Shown: positions 50,508 through 60,911 of the stretch, piece by piece
Position numbering within the stretch: position 1 is the first letter of the stretch
How the letters are laid out: each line of letters begins with the position of its first letter
Source of the DNA: an uncultured delta proteobacterium
GTDB taxonomy: Bacteria; Myxococcota_A; Polyangia; Polyangiales; Houyiibacteriaceae
DNA: 64,000 nucleotides
Direction: 5' to 3'
Assembly: GCA_963699755.1 (NCBI GenBank)
Contig: CAVOVB010000007.1
Location: forward strand, 64,001 to 128,000
Program-made: the position numbers and the translations under genes
Notes under the pieces: model-generated
Databases searched by the model: none
Seen by the model: the letters and a program-made list of their open reading frames with translations, nothing else
Told to the model about the DNA's origin: nothing

Positions 50508-51365
50508 ATGGACAAGGCGATCATCACCTGCGCGCTCAATGGCGTGCTCACCAATCCGAAGCAGCATCCCGTTCCGGTTACGCCCGAAGAAATGGCGGCT
50601 TCGGCACGCGACGCCTACGACGCGGGCGCCGCGATTGTGCACATCCATTTCCGCCGACAGGAGCCTGGGATGGGTCACTTCCCCTCTTGGGACCCCGAGG
50701 TGGCAGCGGCCGCCAGTGATGCGATCCGCGCGGCCTGCCCCGGCATCATCATCAATCAGACGACGGGTGTGATCGACGAGGACGTTTCGGGACCGATCGC
50801 CTGCCTTCAGCGGATCAAGCCTGAGATCGCCGCCTGCAACGCTGGCAGCCTCAACTACCTCAAGCTCAAAAAGGACAACACCTGGGCCTGGCCGCCGATG
50901 GTCTTCATCAACGGTGTCGACAAGGTTCAGAAGATGCTCGATGCGATGGCAAAGACCAAGACCACCCCGGAGATGGAGTGCTTCGACGTAGGCATCGTGC
51001 GCTCGGTCGGCCTCTACCTCCGAGCGGGAATGGCGAAGGAGATGCACTACAACTTCGTCATGGGCGTTGCCTCGGGCATGCCTTGCGACGCCGAGCTTCT
51101 CGAGCTTCTCATGAAGTACAAGAGTGAGGATGCGCACTGGCAGGCGACACTGATCGGCCGCGAAGAAATTTGGGAAACCCACCAGCGCGCGGCAGACCTC
51201 GGCGGGATGCTTCGCACCGGCGTCGAGGACACCTTCTACCTCCCGAACGGCCGCAAGACGACCGGCAACGGACCGCTGATCGAAGCTCTCGCTCAGTGCG
51301 CGCGCAACGCAGGCCGCGAGGTGGCTTCGCCTGCCGAAGCAAGAGCGATGCTGGGCTTTCACTAG
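50508..51365 (+). CDS. Beta-keto acid cleavage enzyme (BKACE, DUF849)
   Basis: IITCALNG, PVTPEEMA, AGAAIVHIHFR, GSLN, ECFD, RTGVED. Confidence 0.93.
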   Translation: MDKAIITCALNGVLTNPKQHPVPVTPEEMAASARDAYDAGAAIVHIHFRRQEPGMGHFPSWDPEVAAAASDAIRAACPGIIINQTTGVIDEDVSGPIACLQRIKPEIAACNAGSLNYLKLKKDNTWAWPPMVFINGVDKVQKMLDAMAKTKTTPEMECFDVGIVRSVGLYLRAGMAKEMHYNFVMGVASGMPCDAELLELLMKYKSEDAHWQATLIGREEIWETHQRAADLGGMLRTGVEDTFYLPNGRKTTGNGPLIEALAQCARNAGREVASPAEARAMLGFH

Positions 51366-51409
51366 TGTCCGGTATTGTCACCGGACTGAGCCGGAGGTAA
51401 AGACGAGCC

Positions 51410-52114
51410 ATGGCCAATAAGGTGTATCCCGATGCGACCGCGGCCCTTGACGGGTTACTGAGCGACAACATGAGCTTGATGTCTGGCGGTTTTGGCCTCT
51501 GCGGCATCCCCGAATCGCTTATCGAAGCCGTGGCGAAGTCCGGCGTCAAAGGCCTGACGGTGATCTCGAACAATGCTGGCGTCGATGGCATCGGCCTCGG
51601 AGTGATGCTGGAGACCCGCCAGATCTCGAAGATGGTCTCGTCCTACGTTGGAGAGAACAAGCTCTTCGCCAAGCAGTTTCTCGACGGTGACCTGACCGTC
51701 GAGTTCAACCCGCAGGGCACCTTGGCCGAACGCATTCGCGCAGGTGGCGCTGGAATTCCTGCGTTTTACACGAAGACCGGTGTGGGAACCTTGGTCGCCG
51801 AGGGCAAAGAGGTCCGCGAGTTCGACGGCGAGCAATATGTGATGGAACGGGGCCTGGTCGCCGACGTGGCGATCGTGCATGCCTGGAAGGGCGATACCGA
51901 GGGCAATCTGATCTATCGGAAGACCGCGCGGAACTTCAATCCAATGATGGCGACCGCCGGCAGAATCACGGTCGCCGAGGTGGAGCATCTGCTCGAGCCC
52001 GGCGAGTTGGCGCCGGATCAGATCATGACTCCTGGCATCTATGTCGATCGCATCATTCACTACAGAACTCCCTCGAAGCACATCGAGCAACGGACCACGC
52101 GCCCCCGCGCCTGA
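51410..52114 (+). CDS. scoA: 3-oxoacid CoA-transferase subunit A
   Basis: [45 protein letters not shown]. Confidence 0.93.
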   Translation: MANKVYPDATAALDGLLSDNMSLMSGGFGLCGIPESLIEAVAKSGVKGLTVISNNAGVDGIGLGVMLETRQISKMVSSYVGENKLFAKQFLDGDLTVEFNPQGTLAERIRAGGAGIPAFYTKTGVGTLVAEGKEVREFDGEQYVMERGLVADVAIVHAWKGDTEGNLIYRKTARNFNPMMATAGRITVAEVEHLLEPGELAPDQIMTPGIYVDRIIHYRTPSKHIEQRTTRPRA

Positions 52115-52124
52115 GGAGAGAACG

Positions 52125-52772
52125 ATGGCCTGGACCCGCGAACAAATGGCTGCACGCGCCGCGCAGGAGCTTCGAGATGGCTTCTACGTGAACCTCGGGA
52201 TCGGCATTCCGACCTTGGTTTCGAATCACATCCCAGCGGGAATGACCGTCCAGCTGCAGAGTGAGAACGGAATGCTCGGCATGGGCCCCTTCCCTTATGA
52301 GGGCGACGAAGACGCGGACCTGATCAACGCTGGCAAGCAGACGGTGACCGAGCTACCGACGACGAGCTTCTTCTCCAGCGCCGAGTCCTTCGCGATGATT
52401 CGCGGCGGGCACATCAATCTCTCGATTCTCGGGGCAATGCAAGTCGCCGAAAACGGCGATCTGGCGAACTGGATGATTCCCGGCAAGATGGTCAAGGGAA
52501 TGGGTGGCGCGATGGACTTGGTCGCAGGCGTTCCGAGGGTCGTCGTGGTCATGGAGCACACGGCAAAAGGCAAGCCCAAGCTCCTGAAGCGTTGCACCCT
52601 ACCCCTGACCGGCACACGCGTTGTCGACCTGGTCATCACCGATCTCGGTGTCTTCGAAATCGACAAGAAGGGGACCGGCGGAATGAAGCTCGTCGAGCTC
52701 GCCGAGGGTGCGACACGCGAGCAAATCGCCGAGCGGACCGAAGCGACCTACTGCGTCGCGCCGGGGGTCTAG
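52125..52772 (+). CDS. scoB: 3-oxoacid CoA-transferase subunit B
   Basis: [14 protein letters not shown] (catalytic Glu), [17 protein letters not shown]. Confidence 0.93.
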   Translation: MAWTREQMAARAAQELRDGFYVNLGIGIPTLVSNHIPAGMTVQLQSENGMLGMGPFPYEGDEDADLINAGKQTVTELPTTSFFSSAESFAMIRGGHINLSILGAMQVAENGDLANWMIPGKMVKGMGGAMDLVAGVPRVVVVMEHTAKGKPKLLKRCTLPLTGTRVVDLVITDLGVFEIDKKGTGGMKLVELAEGATREQIAERTEATYCVAPGV

Positions 52773-54064
52773 CTGAGAATCAACAAGACGAGCCCGACGT
52801 AGAGCCCCATGCCGATCGCAAGAATCGCAGTGTAGCCGGCGATCTGACGCGCCTTGAGGCCGGTAATCGCAAGGAGCGGAAGCGCCCAGAATGGCTGCAG
52901 GAGATTGGTCCATTCGTCGCCGTAGGCAAAGGCCATGACCGTGCGCGCAGGGTCGAGTCCGAGCGTCGAAGCCGTCGTCAGGAGCACGTCACTTTGAAGT
53001 GCCCACTGCCCGCCTCCTGAGGGCACGAAGAAGTTCACGAGGCCCGAGCTGAGGAACGTCAGCAAGGGGAACGTCTTAGCCGATGCGATGGAAGCCATCG
53101 CCGACGAGAGCCTCCCAGTCATCCCGCTCGCCTGCATCACGCCGAGAATCCCGAAGTAGAGGGGAAACTGAACGATGATCGCCCCAGCGCCACGAGCGCC
53201 TTCGGCTATCGAAGCGAGAAAGCTGCGAATGGATCCGTGGGTCGCAAGCGCCAGCGCAAAAAAGAAGAGATTCACCGAGTTGAGATCGAATGAGACTTCG
53301 CCGCGAAACCAGCCGTACACGACCAGAAGCACCGCCAAGAGACCGACCAGGAGAGCGAGGAGAGACCGCCTCGCTTGCTGAGAGCCCGTAATAAGCGCCG
53401 TAGGCGGTTCCGGAACCGATGCGGCCTTGGGCGCCAGCGCGACACAGATCAGCGGCAAGAGGATCAGCAAGCCGCCACTGACCACGAAGTTCAAAGAGGA
53501 GAAGAGCGTATCGCTGACGGGGATGGCTTGCGTCAGGCCCTGGGTGAACTGCGCCGATTCCGCCGCCTTCAGGGGAGCCGAGCCGCTGAGCCCACCGTGC
53601 CAGACCGCGAGCCCGGCGTATGCGGCGGCGCCAAGCACCGGGATGTCCATCGGTCGCTGCTCCTCCGCGGCGCCCTGGGCGATTTCGCGAACGACGAAGG
53701 CCGCAACCACAGCGCCGAGCCCCCACTGAATCAGGCCGGTCAAGCAAGCGATCACCGCGACCAAGCCGGCGGCCGCAGGAGTTCGCTTGGGCAAGCGGGC
53801 GACTGCGCGGACGACTCGCTGAACGGGAGGGCTCGACGCCAAGGCCTGCCCGGTCACCAAGATCAGGCACATCTGTAGGGCGAAGGCGAGAAGCGGCGTG
53901 CTCGAAAAGCCGCTGTACCAGCCTCGGAGCACCATACTCACGGAGCCCGAGAGCACGAAGCCTCCAACCAGCGTCGTCAAGGTCAATACCAGCGCGAGGA
54001 CGAACGGATCGGGAACCCATCGTTCCGCCCAGCGGCTGAAAACCTCACCAAGCCTAGCCAGCAT
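52769..54064 (-). CDS. atoE: Short-chain fatty acid transporter
   Basis: [47 protein letters not shown]. Confidence 0.9.
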   Translation of the reverse strand: MLARLGEVFSRWAERWVPDPFVLALVLTLTTLVGGFVLSGSVSMVLRGWYSGFSSTPLLAFALQMCLILVTGQALASSPPVQRVVRAVARLPKRTPAAAGLVAVIACLTGLIQWGLGAVVAAFVVREIAQGAAEEQRPMDIPVLGAAAYAGLAVWHGGLSGSAPLKAAESAQFTQGLTQAIPVSDTLFSSLNFVVSGGLLILLPLICVALAPKAASVPEPPTALITGSQQARRSLLALLVGLLAVLLVVYGWFRGEVSFDLNSVNLFFFALALATHGSIRSFLASIAEGARGAGAIIVQFPLYFGILGVMQASGMTGRLSSAMASIASAKTFPLLTFLSSGLVNFFVPSGGGQWALQSDVLLTTASTLGLDPARTVMAFAYGDEWTNLLQPFWALPLLAITGLKARQIAGYTAILAIGMGLYVGLVLLILS

Positions 54065-54150
54065 GCCGCGGACCATACCATCAAGTGCCAGAGCCCGGCC
54101 CATGCTTAGAGGCCGCCTCTGGCGGCTGCTCGCCCCGACTGGCAGTGCGC

Positions 54151-54957
54151 TCAGCGAAGACGCCTGATCGCGATGAAGGTGAGGTCGTCCGGCTTCGAGG
54201 GAGCGCCTTCCTCCGGTGCCTCCATGCGTTGACGGGCGAGAGCGGCTAGGCCGTCGACAGACCGTGGCAACGGCCCTTTTCGCAGCTGCTCGACGATTTC
54301 GGGCAGGTGAAGGTTGTCGCTGAGCCCATCACTGGCCAAGACCGCGGTATCGCGCCGTGCCAAGCTCAAAGTGGCACTGAGCTCGATTCGCGTGTCCTTG
54401 GTGCCCAGAAGATTGGAGACGATGTGCAGATCCTCGTGGTGCAGCGCCTCTCCAGCATCCAGTAAGCCGGCTTCGACCGCATAGCCGACGGGGGAGTGTG
54501 GGATGGTTTGCCATTTGATGCGCCCACGCTGCCCGGTGACGAGCACCATCGAATCGCCCGCATGATAGGAACGCATCTTGGTGCCCTGAACCTCGATAGC
54601 CGCTAGAGTGGCGGCGGCGCCCGTCCCAAGCGCCGCGATCGCGTGGTCGGCCGACTCGAAGCCATTGATGATCGCGCCTCGCAAGTTCTCGACGTCCGTT
54701 CCCAGCTCTTCAACGGCGTCACAGACCGATCGCACTGCAAGCTGCGCCGCCTCTGCTCCACCTGGATGGCCGCCAGCACCGTCGGACACCACGGCTACCC
54801 CAGCCTCATCACCAATCGCGATCAACGCGGCCGCGTCCTCGTTGGGCCCGTCTCGGCCTGGTTTCCGGATGCTGAGCACCACCGCCTCGCAGGCGCCAAG
54901 CCGGAAGCGCTCACCCCGCGCCATGTCCACATCCTCGAAGACGTGGACTTCGTTCAC
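54151..54957 (-). CDS. PP2C-family Ser/Thr phosphatase
   Basis: NEDA, VSDGAGG, AGDS, ASDGL, DDLT; GTGA overlap with the kinase. Confidence 0.9.
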   Translation of the reverse strand: MNEVHVFEDVDMARGERFRLGACEAVVLSIRKPGRDGPNEDAAALIAIGDEAGVAVVSDGAGGHPGGAEAAQLAVRSVCDAVEELGTDVENLRGAIINGFESADHAIAALGTGAAATLAAIEVQGTKMRSYHAGDSMVLVTGQRGRIKWQTIPHSPVGYAVEAGLLDAGEALHHEDLHIVSNLLGTKDTRIELSATLSLARRDTAVLASDGLSDNLHLPEIVEQLRKGPLPRSVDGLAALARQRMEAPEEGAPSKPDDLTFIAIRRLR

Positions 54958-55814
54958 GGCACCGCTCTCCGTCTCCGGGCCACGCTTCGAAGCGCGTTCG
55001 GCGCAACTGCTTGAAACGCCCTTTGCATCTGCACGCCGTCGCGAAATCGCTTGCGCTCTCGCACCTCGATCGAGCGGCGAAGGAATGCAATGAAATCGCG
55101 ACTGACGGTGCGGCGAAGCCTTTCGGCCCCAGGGAGGGGCCAATCGAAAGGCCAAGCGGGAAGCTCCCCGGAAAACATGCGATAAATCAGCAAGCCCATC
55201 GAAAACACGTCAGAGCGAAACGAGGGTTTCCCCATTGCCTGCTCCGGCGCGATGTAACCAACCGTTCCTTGCCCCGACCCCATGATCGTCCGGGTTCTGA
55301 GCGCAACTTTCGCGATGCCAAAATCGGCCAGGCGAGCTTGCCCGTCAGGAAAGAGAATCACGTTGTCCGGCTTGATGTCACAATGAATGATTCGCACCTC
55401 ATGCGCGTACGCTAGCGCATCGATCAGCTGCTCGGCGTAGGAGAGCGCGGTCTTCGGGCCGAGGCGGTAGTGCAAGCGGTCGGTTAAGGTCTGGGCCCCG
55501 AGCGGCGTCGCGATCACGAAGTGGCCATCGATCATCATGGCGTTGCGAAGCGGTAAGATGTTGTGGTGCTCCAGGCGGGCGGTGAGCCGGACCTCGCGGT
55601 GGATGTCACTCAGAGCCTCCTTGTCGAGTTGATCGAGATTCGGGACTTTGAGCGCAATCGGGATGCCCTCGATCGTATCGTACGCCTCGTACACGGTCGC
55701 AAACGCACCGGCCCCGATTCGGCGGCGAATTCGATACTTGCCGACCATCTGCCGAGCCTTGAGAGGCTGACTTGATGCGGCGAGGTCCTTGCCGTTGAGA
55801 AGGTTGGGTTTCAT
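54954..55814 (-). CDS. Hanks-type Ser/Thr protein kinase, catalytic domain only
   Basis: IGAGAFATVY, ALK, HCDIKPDN, DFG, GTVGYIAPE, DVFS. Confidence 0.93.
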   Translation of the reverse strand: MKPNLLNGKDLAASSQPLKARQMVGKYRIRRRIGAGAFATVYEAYDTIEGIPIALKVPNLDQLDKEALSDIHREVRLTARLEHHNILPLRNAMMIDGHFVIATPLGAQTLTDRLHYRLGPKTALSYAEQLIDALAYAHEVRIIHCDIKPDNVILFPDGQARLADFGIAKVALRTRTIMGSGQGTVGYIAPEQAMGKPSFRSDVFSMGLLIYRMFSGELPAWPFDWPLPGAERLRRTVSRDFIAFLRRSIEVRERKRFRDGVQMQRAFQAVAPNALRSVARRRRAVP

Positions 55815-55824
55815 CAGCGAGCGC

Positions 55825-56832
55825 TCAGAACGTCTTACGGATCGCCTTCAGAAGTGCAACCCCCTCAGGCCCCATTTCCTTCGCCACGCGGTCGGGAACG
55901 CCCTTCTGCTTCGCCTGGAACGCGGCAAGCTCCTCGGCGGACGGCTCGTAGATGTCATAGCCATAGCGTTGCAGGTTCTTGAGCAGCACAGGCTCGACCT
56001 TTCGAACCTGCTGGCGACCCCAGACGGTCATGTCGTGGGAAACCGTCGTGATGACCTCTTGAATGTCCTTTGGAAGCGTATCAAACCACTTCTTGGAGTA
56101 GACCAGGAGCGCAGGCTGGTAGCAGTGACGGCTGAGGAATAGGTTGCGCTCCCCCTCTTTGAGCCCTTGATACCAGCTCCCAGCCATCGCAAAGAGCGGT
56201 GTGTTGTCGAAGCCGTCGACGACTCCGGTCTGCACGCTCATGAGCGTGTTGCCGTTGTCGATGGGGACTGGAGTTGCGCCGAAGGCCTCATAGGTCTCGA
56301 CATGCACCATCGATTCCTGGGAACGGAAGCGAATGCCGCTCATGTCGCTCGGCTTTCGGATCTTCTGCCTGCTGAAATAGGAGCGAAAGCCGTTCTCGGA
56401 CCAGATCCCGAACACCAAGCCGCGCCGCAGTAGCGCCTTCTTGACCAAGTCGGTCACCGCCGGCGTATCGAGTGCCTTGTCCGCCGCCTCGAAGCTGGTG
56501 AAGACGTACGGCGCTTCTATGACGTTGACCTCGCGAACGATGGAGCTCATCCCGCCGACGGAGCCGGCGAACGCCTGCATGCTGCCCATTTGAACGCGGC
56601 GTGCCAACGAACGCTCATTCCCCCGTCCGAGCCGAAGCTTCACCTTCAAACGGCCGTTCGTCCTTTCCTGAACTTCCGATTTGTAGCGCTGAAGCTGGTC
56701 AGCCCAGGGGCTCCCCTTGGGAGCGACCGTTCCAACCTCCATGATGAACTCGGGCTCTTCCGCGACGGCGGGACCGACGAGGGACGAGGATAGAACGAGC
56801 AGAGCTCCGACGAAGAAGAACGAATTGCGCAT
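55825..56832 (-). CDS. TRAP transporter substrate-binding protein DctP
   Basis: Signal peptide ending AVA-E, TVAPKGSPW, ENGFR, FRSQES, VVDGFDN. Confidence 0.9.
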   Translation of the reverse strand: MRNSFFFVGALLVLSSSLVGPAVAEEPEFIMEVGTVAPKGSPWADQLQRYKSEVQERTNGRLKVKLRLGRGNERSLARRVQMGSMQAFAGSVGGMSSIVREVNVIEAPYVFTSFEAADKALDTPAVTDLVKKALLRRGLVFGIWSENGFRSYFSRQKIRKPSDMSGIRFRSQESMVHVETYEAFGATPVPIDNGNTLMSVQTGVVDGFDNTPLFAMAGSWYQGLKEGERNLFLSRHCYQPALLVYSKKWFDTLPKDIQEVITTVSHDMTVWGRQQVRKVEPVLLKNLQRYGYDIYEPSAEELAAFQAKQKGVPDRVAKEMGPEGVALLKAIRKTF

Positions 56833-56890
56833 TGAGGGTCTTTCTAGTCACTCGGGCAGAGAAAATAAAGCGTCAAAGTACTTGCGCGGC

Positions 56891-58729
56891 TCACAAGAAT
56901 TGCCCGACGTCGGACGAACGACTCGTTTCGGACGCATACATGCCGTCGATGATCGCCTTGTACTTGTGATTGATGACGTTGCGCTTGACCTTCATGGTCG
57001 GGGTGAGCTCTCCGCCGTCGACGCTGAGCATCTGAGCTAGTACGTCGAATTTCTTGATGCTTTGGTAGCGCGCCACCTTGCTGTTGCAATCGGACTCGAT
57101 TCGACCCGCCAAAAACGCGCGGACCTTCTCGTCCTTGGCCACCTCGGCCAAAGGCGCGACAGGCACCCCGGCCTCCCTGCACAACTCGGGAACTGCCTCT
57201 TCTTCGAGGGCCAAAATTGCGCAAAGATAGGGCTGACGATCGCCGACGACGACGGCCTGACCAACACCGGGAATCCCTTGGAGGTGATTTTCCATCTCAG
57301 CGGGTGCGACGTTCTTGCCCCCGGCGGTAATCAATAGGTCCTTCTTTCGCCCGGTAACCGTGAGGAATCCGTCGCTATCGAGCGCCCCGAGGTCCCCGGT
57401 ACGCATCCAGCCATCGTCGGTATAGAGCGAGGCGGTTTCGCCGGACATGTAGAGGTATCCGGGGACCATGTTGGCGCCCCGGAGAAGGATCTCGCCATCC
57501 TCGGCGATTCGAATCTCGACGCCCGGAAGCGCCCGACCGACAGTTCCAAAACGCGGTCGGTGCAAGGGCTGCGCCGTCGCCATGCCGGTGGTTTCGGTCA
57601 TTCCAAAACCCTCGTGAATGATGAGACCGATCGAGGCGAAGAACTCGAGCGTCGAGCGGGCCGCCGGCGCCGCACCCGAACCGGCGCCGAAAAGCTCATC
57701 GAGGCCGATGGCGCTCTTGATCTTGGAGATGACCAACTTGTTCGCGAGGCGGCGTTGGAATGTGTCGACATCTCGTCCGGTCTCTATCGAACGCATGACG
57801 GCTTCAAATTCGACGCGCCGCGCCCAGGCCGTCAGCCTAGCCTTGAGCCCGGTGGCCGATGACAGGTTCGCGGTTAGAGCAGCCTCGAACTTCTCCCAAA
57901 CGCGCGGCACAGCGAAGAAGAAATGCGGGCGTGCCGCCACCAAGTGGTCTCTGATCTTGGAGAGGTCCGCACAGAAGTAGGTTTCGCTGCCGGTACGCAA
58001 CCCGATGAAGTTGGTGAAGATCTGCTCGGCGACGTGGCAGAGCGGAAGGTAGCTCACGTAACGAAAGTGATCGAAGCCCAGAAGCTCGGGATAGGTTTCG
58101 ATGAAGGATGTCGCCATCGCGTTGATCCCGCGATGTGTACACATGGCGCCCTTGGGAACACCCGTCGTGCCCGAGGTGTAGATGAGCAGTGCGAGGTCGT
58201 CGGGTTTGGCTTCGCCGATGCGTCGCTCGACCTCATCGTTTGATTGCGAAGCGCCCTTGGCGATTACCTGAGCCAGCGAGATCACCATCTCTTGGTCGCT
58301 CTCGATCGGATCCATCGTGATGATGTGCTCGAGATGGATCAAGCCACGGTCGAATGCTTCCAGGTATCTGTCGAGTTGAGTCTGGCTGTCACAGATCGCG
58401 ATCTTGGCACGGCAGTGATTCACGATGTAGGCGACCTGATCGATCGTGTTGGTGACGTAGATCGGAGCGGGAACCGCGGCCGCGGCACTGATCCCCATCT
58501 GGGAGATGACCCAGTCACGCCGGTTGTTACCGATGAGCGCAACGCCATCGCCCGGCTGGACGCCAAGCTCGATGAGCCCCCTCGCTAGGTCGCGTACCGT
58601 AAGCCAGTATTCGCCCCAAGTCGTCGATACCCAGCCCCCGCTCGAAGCCAGCTCTACGAGCGCCTTGCGGTCAGGTCGCTTCTGCGCCTGCAGCGCGATG
58701 AAGCCAGGCAGGGTGATCGGCTCGGACAC
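56891..58729 (-). CDS. Long-chain fatty acid-CoA ligase
   Basis: YTSGTTGVPKG, YLPLCH, VPRVWEK, GFGMTE, TGDLG, GRKKD, LTPTMKVKR. Confidence 0.95.
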   Translation of the reverse strand: MSEPITLPGFIALQAQKRPDRKALVELASSGGWVSTTWGEYWLTVRDLARGLIELGVQPGDGVALIGNNRRDWVISQMGISAAAAVPAPIYVTNTIDQVAYIVNHCRAKIAICDSQTQLDRYLEAFDRGLIHLEHIITMDPIESDQEMVISLAQVIAKGASQSNDEVERRIGEAKPDDLALLIYTSGTTGVPKGAMCTHRGINAMATSFIETYPELLGFDHFRYVSYLPLCHVAEQIFTNFIGLRTGSETYFCADLSKIRDHLVAARPHFFFAVPRVWEKFEAALTANLSSATGLKARLTAWARRVEFEAVMRSIETGRDVDTFQRRLANKLVISKIKSAIGLDELFGAGSGAAPAARSTLEFFASIGLIIHEGFGMTETTGMATAQPLHRPRFGTVGRALPGVEIRIAEDGEILLRGANMVPGYLYMSGETASLYTDDGWMRTGDLGALDSDGFLTVTGRKKDLLITAGGKNVAPAEMENHLQGIPGVGQAVVVGDRQPYLCAILALEEEAVPELCREAGVPVAPLAEVAKDEKVRAFLAGRIESDCNSKVARYQSIKKFDVLAQMLSVDGGELTPTMKVKRNVINHKYKAIIDGMYASETSRSSDVGQFL

Positions 58730-58844
58730 GGCTACCTCCGCAGACGAACCTCACCATACCCGAATTCGCGAAACCAGTCAGCAGTGAGTAGCCGGCGCCG
58801 AGCGCCCAATTTGACGCGCACGGGAGACGCCTCAAGATCCCGCC

Positions 58845-59396
58845 GTGCAGATCCCGCGACTCCTCATGCTAGGCCTTGGCCTAGTTGTACTCGCGAACGC
58901 CACCCCAGCCGCGGCGGACCAGGCGAGCGACGAGCAACTCGCGGCGGACGTCCGTGATGCGATGCAGCGCTTCGAGGAGAAGGATCGCAGCTTCAAGGCC
59001 ACGATCAAGGGGCTCGTCGGCTACGCCATCTTCCCTGAAGTCGCCAAGGGTGGCTTCATCGTCGGTGGCGCCGGCGGCCGGGGCGAAGTCTATGCGGGCG
59101 GGAACTTGATCGGGCACGTCAAGCTCTCGCAAGGAACCGTAGGTGCGCAGATCGGCGGGCAGAAGTTCGCCGAGATCGTCTTGTTCAAGACCAAGTCAGC
59201 GCTCAACCGCTTCAAGAAGAACAGGCTGGAGCTGAGCGCGCAGGCGACCGCCATCGTAGCCGACCAAGGCGCTGCTGCCACGGCCAAGTACGCCGACGGA
59301 GTGGCGATCATAGTCCTTCCGACGTCCGGCCTGATGGCGGAGGCCAGCGTTGGAGGCCAAAAGCTCAAGTTCTCGCCGCTCGGGGAGTCACGATGA
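58845..59396 (+). CDS. SYLF/Ysc84 lipid-binding domain exported protein
   Basis: Signal peptide; IFPEVAKGGFIVGGAGGRG, GAQIGGQ, GLMAEASVGGQK. Confidence 0.85.
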   Translation: MQIPRLLMLGLGLVVLANATPAAADQASDEQLAADVRDAMQRFEEKDRSFKATIKGLVGYAIFPEVAKGGFIVGGAGGRGEVYAGGNLIGHVKLSQGTVGAQIGGQKFAEIVLFKTKSALNRFKKNRLELSAQATAIVADQGAAATAKYADGVAIIVLPTSGLMAEASVGGQKLKFSPLGESR

Positions 59397-59809
59397 TGGA
59401 TGAAGCGATTGGAGGCTCCTGTGTGTGCGGCGCGGTAGCGTTCCGTATCGAAGGCCCGTTCCGCGGGTTTCAGTACTGCCATTGCAGCCGGTGTCGGAAG
59501 AAGACCGGCTCCTCGCACGTCGCCAATATTTTCGTCCCGGTCGGCCAGTTCAGCTGGGAGCGGGGGGAAGAGAAGGTTCGGCGATTCGAGCTGCCGACGG
59601 CGAAGTACTGGGCCACCGCATTTTGCAGCGATTGCGGCTCGGCGATGCCCTGGCTGACGAGGAATGGCAAAGTGATGGTCGTGGGCGCTGGCACACTCGA
59701 TGGCGATCCGGGGGTCAAGCCCCAGTTCAGCGTCTACTTCGACTCCCGGGCCCCCTGGTACGTCCACGTCTCCGATCTCGAAATGCACGGGACGATTCCC
59801 AAGTCCTAG
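59393..59809 (+). CDS. GFA (CENP-V) family Zn protein
   Basis: GSCVCGAV, CHCSRCRK, FCSDCGS. Confidence 0.92.
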   Translation: MMDEAIGGSCVCGAVAFRIEGPFRGFQYCHCSRCRKKTGSSHVANIFVPVGQFSWERGEEKVRRFELPTAKYWATAFCSDCGSAMPWLTRNGKVMVVGAGTLDGDPGVKPQFSVYFDSRAPWYVHVSDLEMHGTIPKS

Positions 59810-59847
59810 GTTACCCTCACGACCTAGTGGAGAATGAACCTGTGCGG

Positions 59848-60911
59848 ATGACGCGCCTGCGTGCGAGATGGATCGGGTTGCTGCTTCTTGTGTTTGGCTG
59901 CGGCTCTTCGTCCGGTCCTGCGCCCATCGACCCTGTGGCAACCGCATACTGCGCGGCGTGCTCCGAATTCCTAAGCTGCGAGCGCTTGATCACCGAGACA
60001 ATCAGCGCCCAATGCACCGACGAAACCCGAGCCTGGTACTCGTGCATGGCCGAAGCCGCGAATGCCTGCGATAGCACGGCGTGCGACGCGGAGTGGAACC
60101 AACGTGAGATTTGCATGGGGAGCGCGCCCGCCGACTAGGCGCACGATCGCATTCGGCTCCTCGCGCCTTCCGCCAACCTCGGCCATCGTGGGACCGGGCC
60201 GACGAGGCCGGGACATTCCTTCCTGGAATACTCGATTTCTTCCTTCCGTGCCGCCATGGAAGAAGGCGCCGATGGGATCTCGCTCGACGTCGAGATCACC
60301 GAGGACGGTCAGCTGATCATCATGCGCGACGATAGAGTCGATCGAACCATAAACTGCACCGGCTGCGTCAGCGAGATGACCTTCGCCGAGGTTCGTGCGT
60401 GTCGTTTGCTCGACGGCGAGGGGGCAGTGACGGAGGAAGCGCCACCGACCTTAGAAGAGGCCTACGAGGCGGTCGGGGCAAGCGCGCTCATGGACGTCGA
60501 GCTGAAGGTGTTCGGAGAAAGCTGTCTCACCGACACCACAGGGCCCGAGCAGCTTACTTTGGCGGTGCTCGCCGAAGTCACTCGAATCCGAGGAGAAAAC
60601 CAAACCATCTTCTCGTCGTTCCAACCAACCGTGGTCGAGCGCGTCAAGACTGAACGCTCCGGACATTACTCCGCCCTTCTATCGGTGGTCGCCATGCCGG
60701 CGCTGGTCGACCAGGCGGTTCTCCTCGGCCCAAACGCGATCCATCCGGTCTTCGCGGTCACTGCCGAGACAGTCGAAGCCGCGCTGGAGGCCTGCAGGTC
60801 AATGTATGGACGGTAAACACCGACGAGGAGATGCAGGACCAGCTCGCGAAGGGCGCCACCGCGATCATTACCGACAACCCGGCCGTCCCAGCGGAGCTAC
60901 TCGGGCGCTAA
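59848..60911 (+). pseudogene. Lipoprotein with Cys-rich domain fused to glycerophosphodiester phosphodiesterase, disrupted
   Basis: Lipobox VFG-C; TAG 60136-60138 in frame with LGHRG...GADGISLDV; frameshift near 60790 before QVNVWTVN...AIITD; TAA 60909-60911. Confidence 0.82.
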
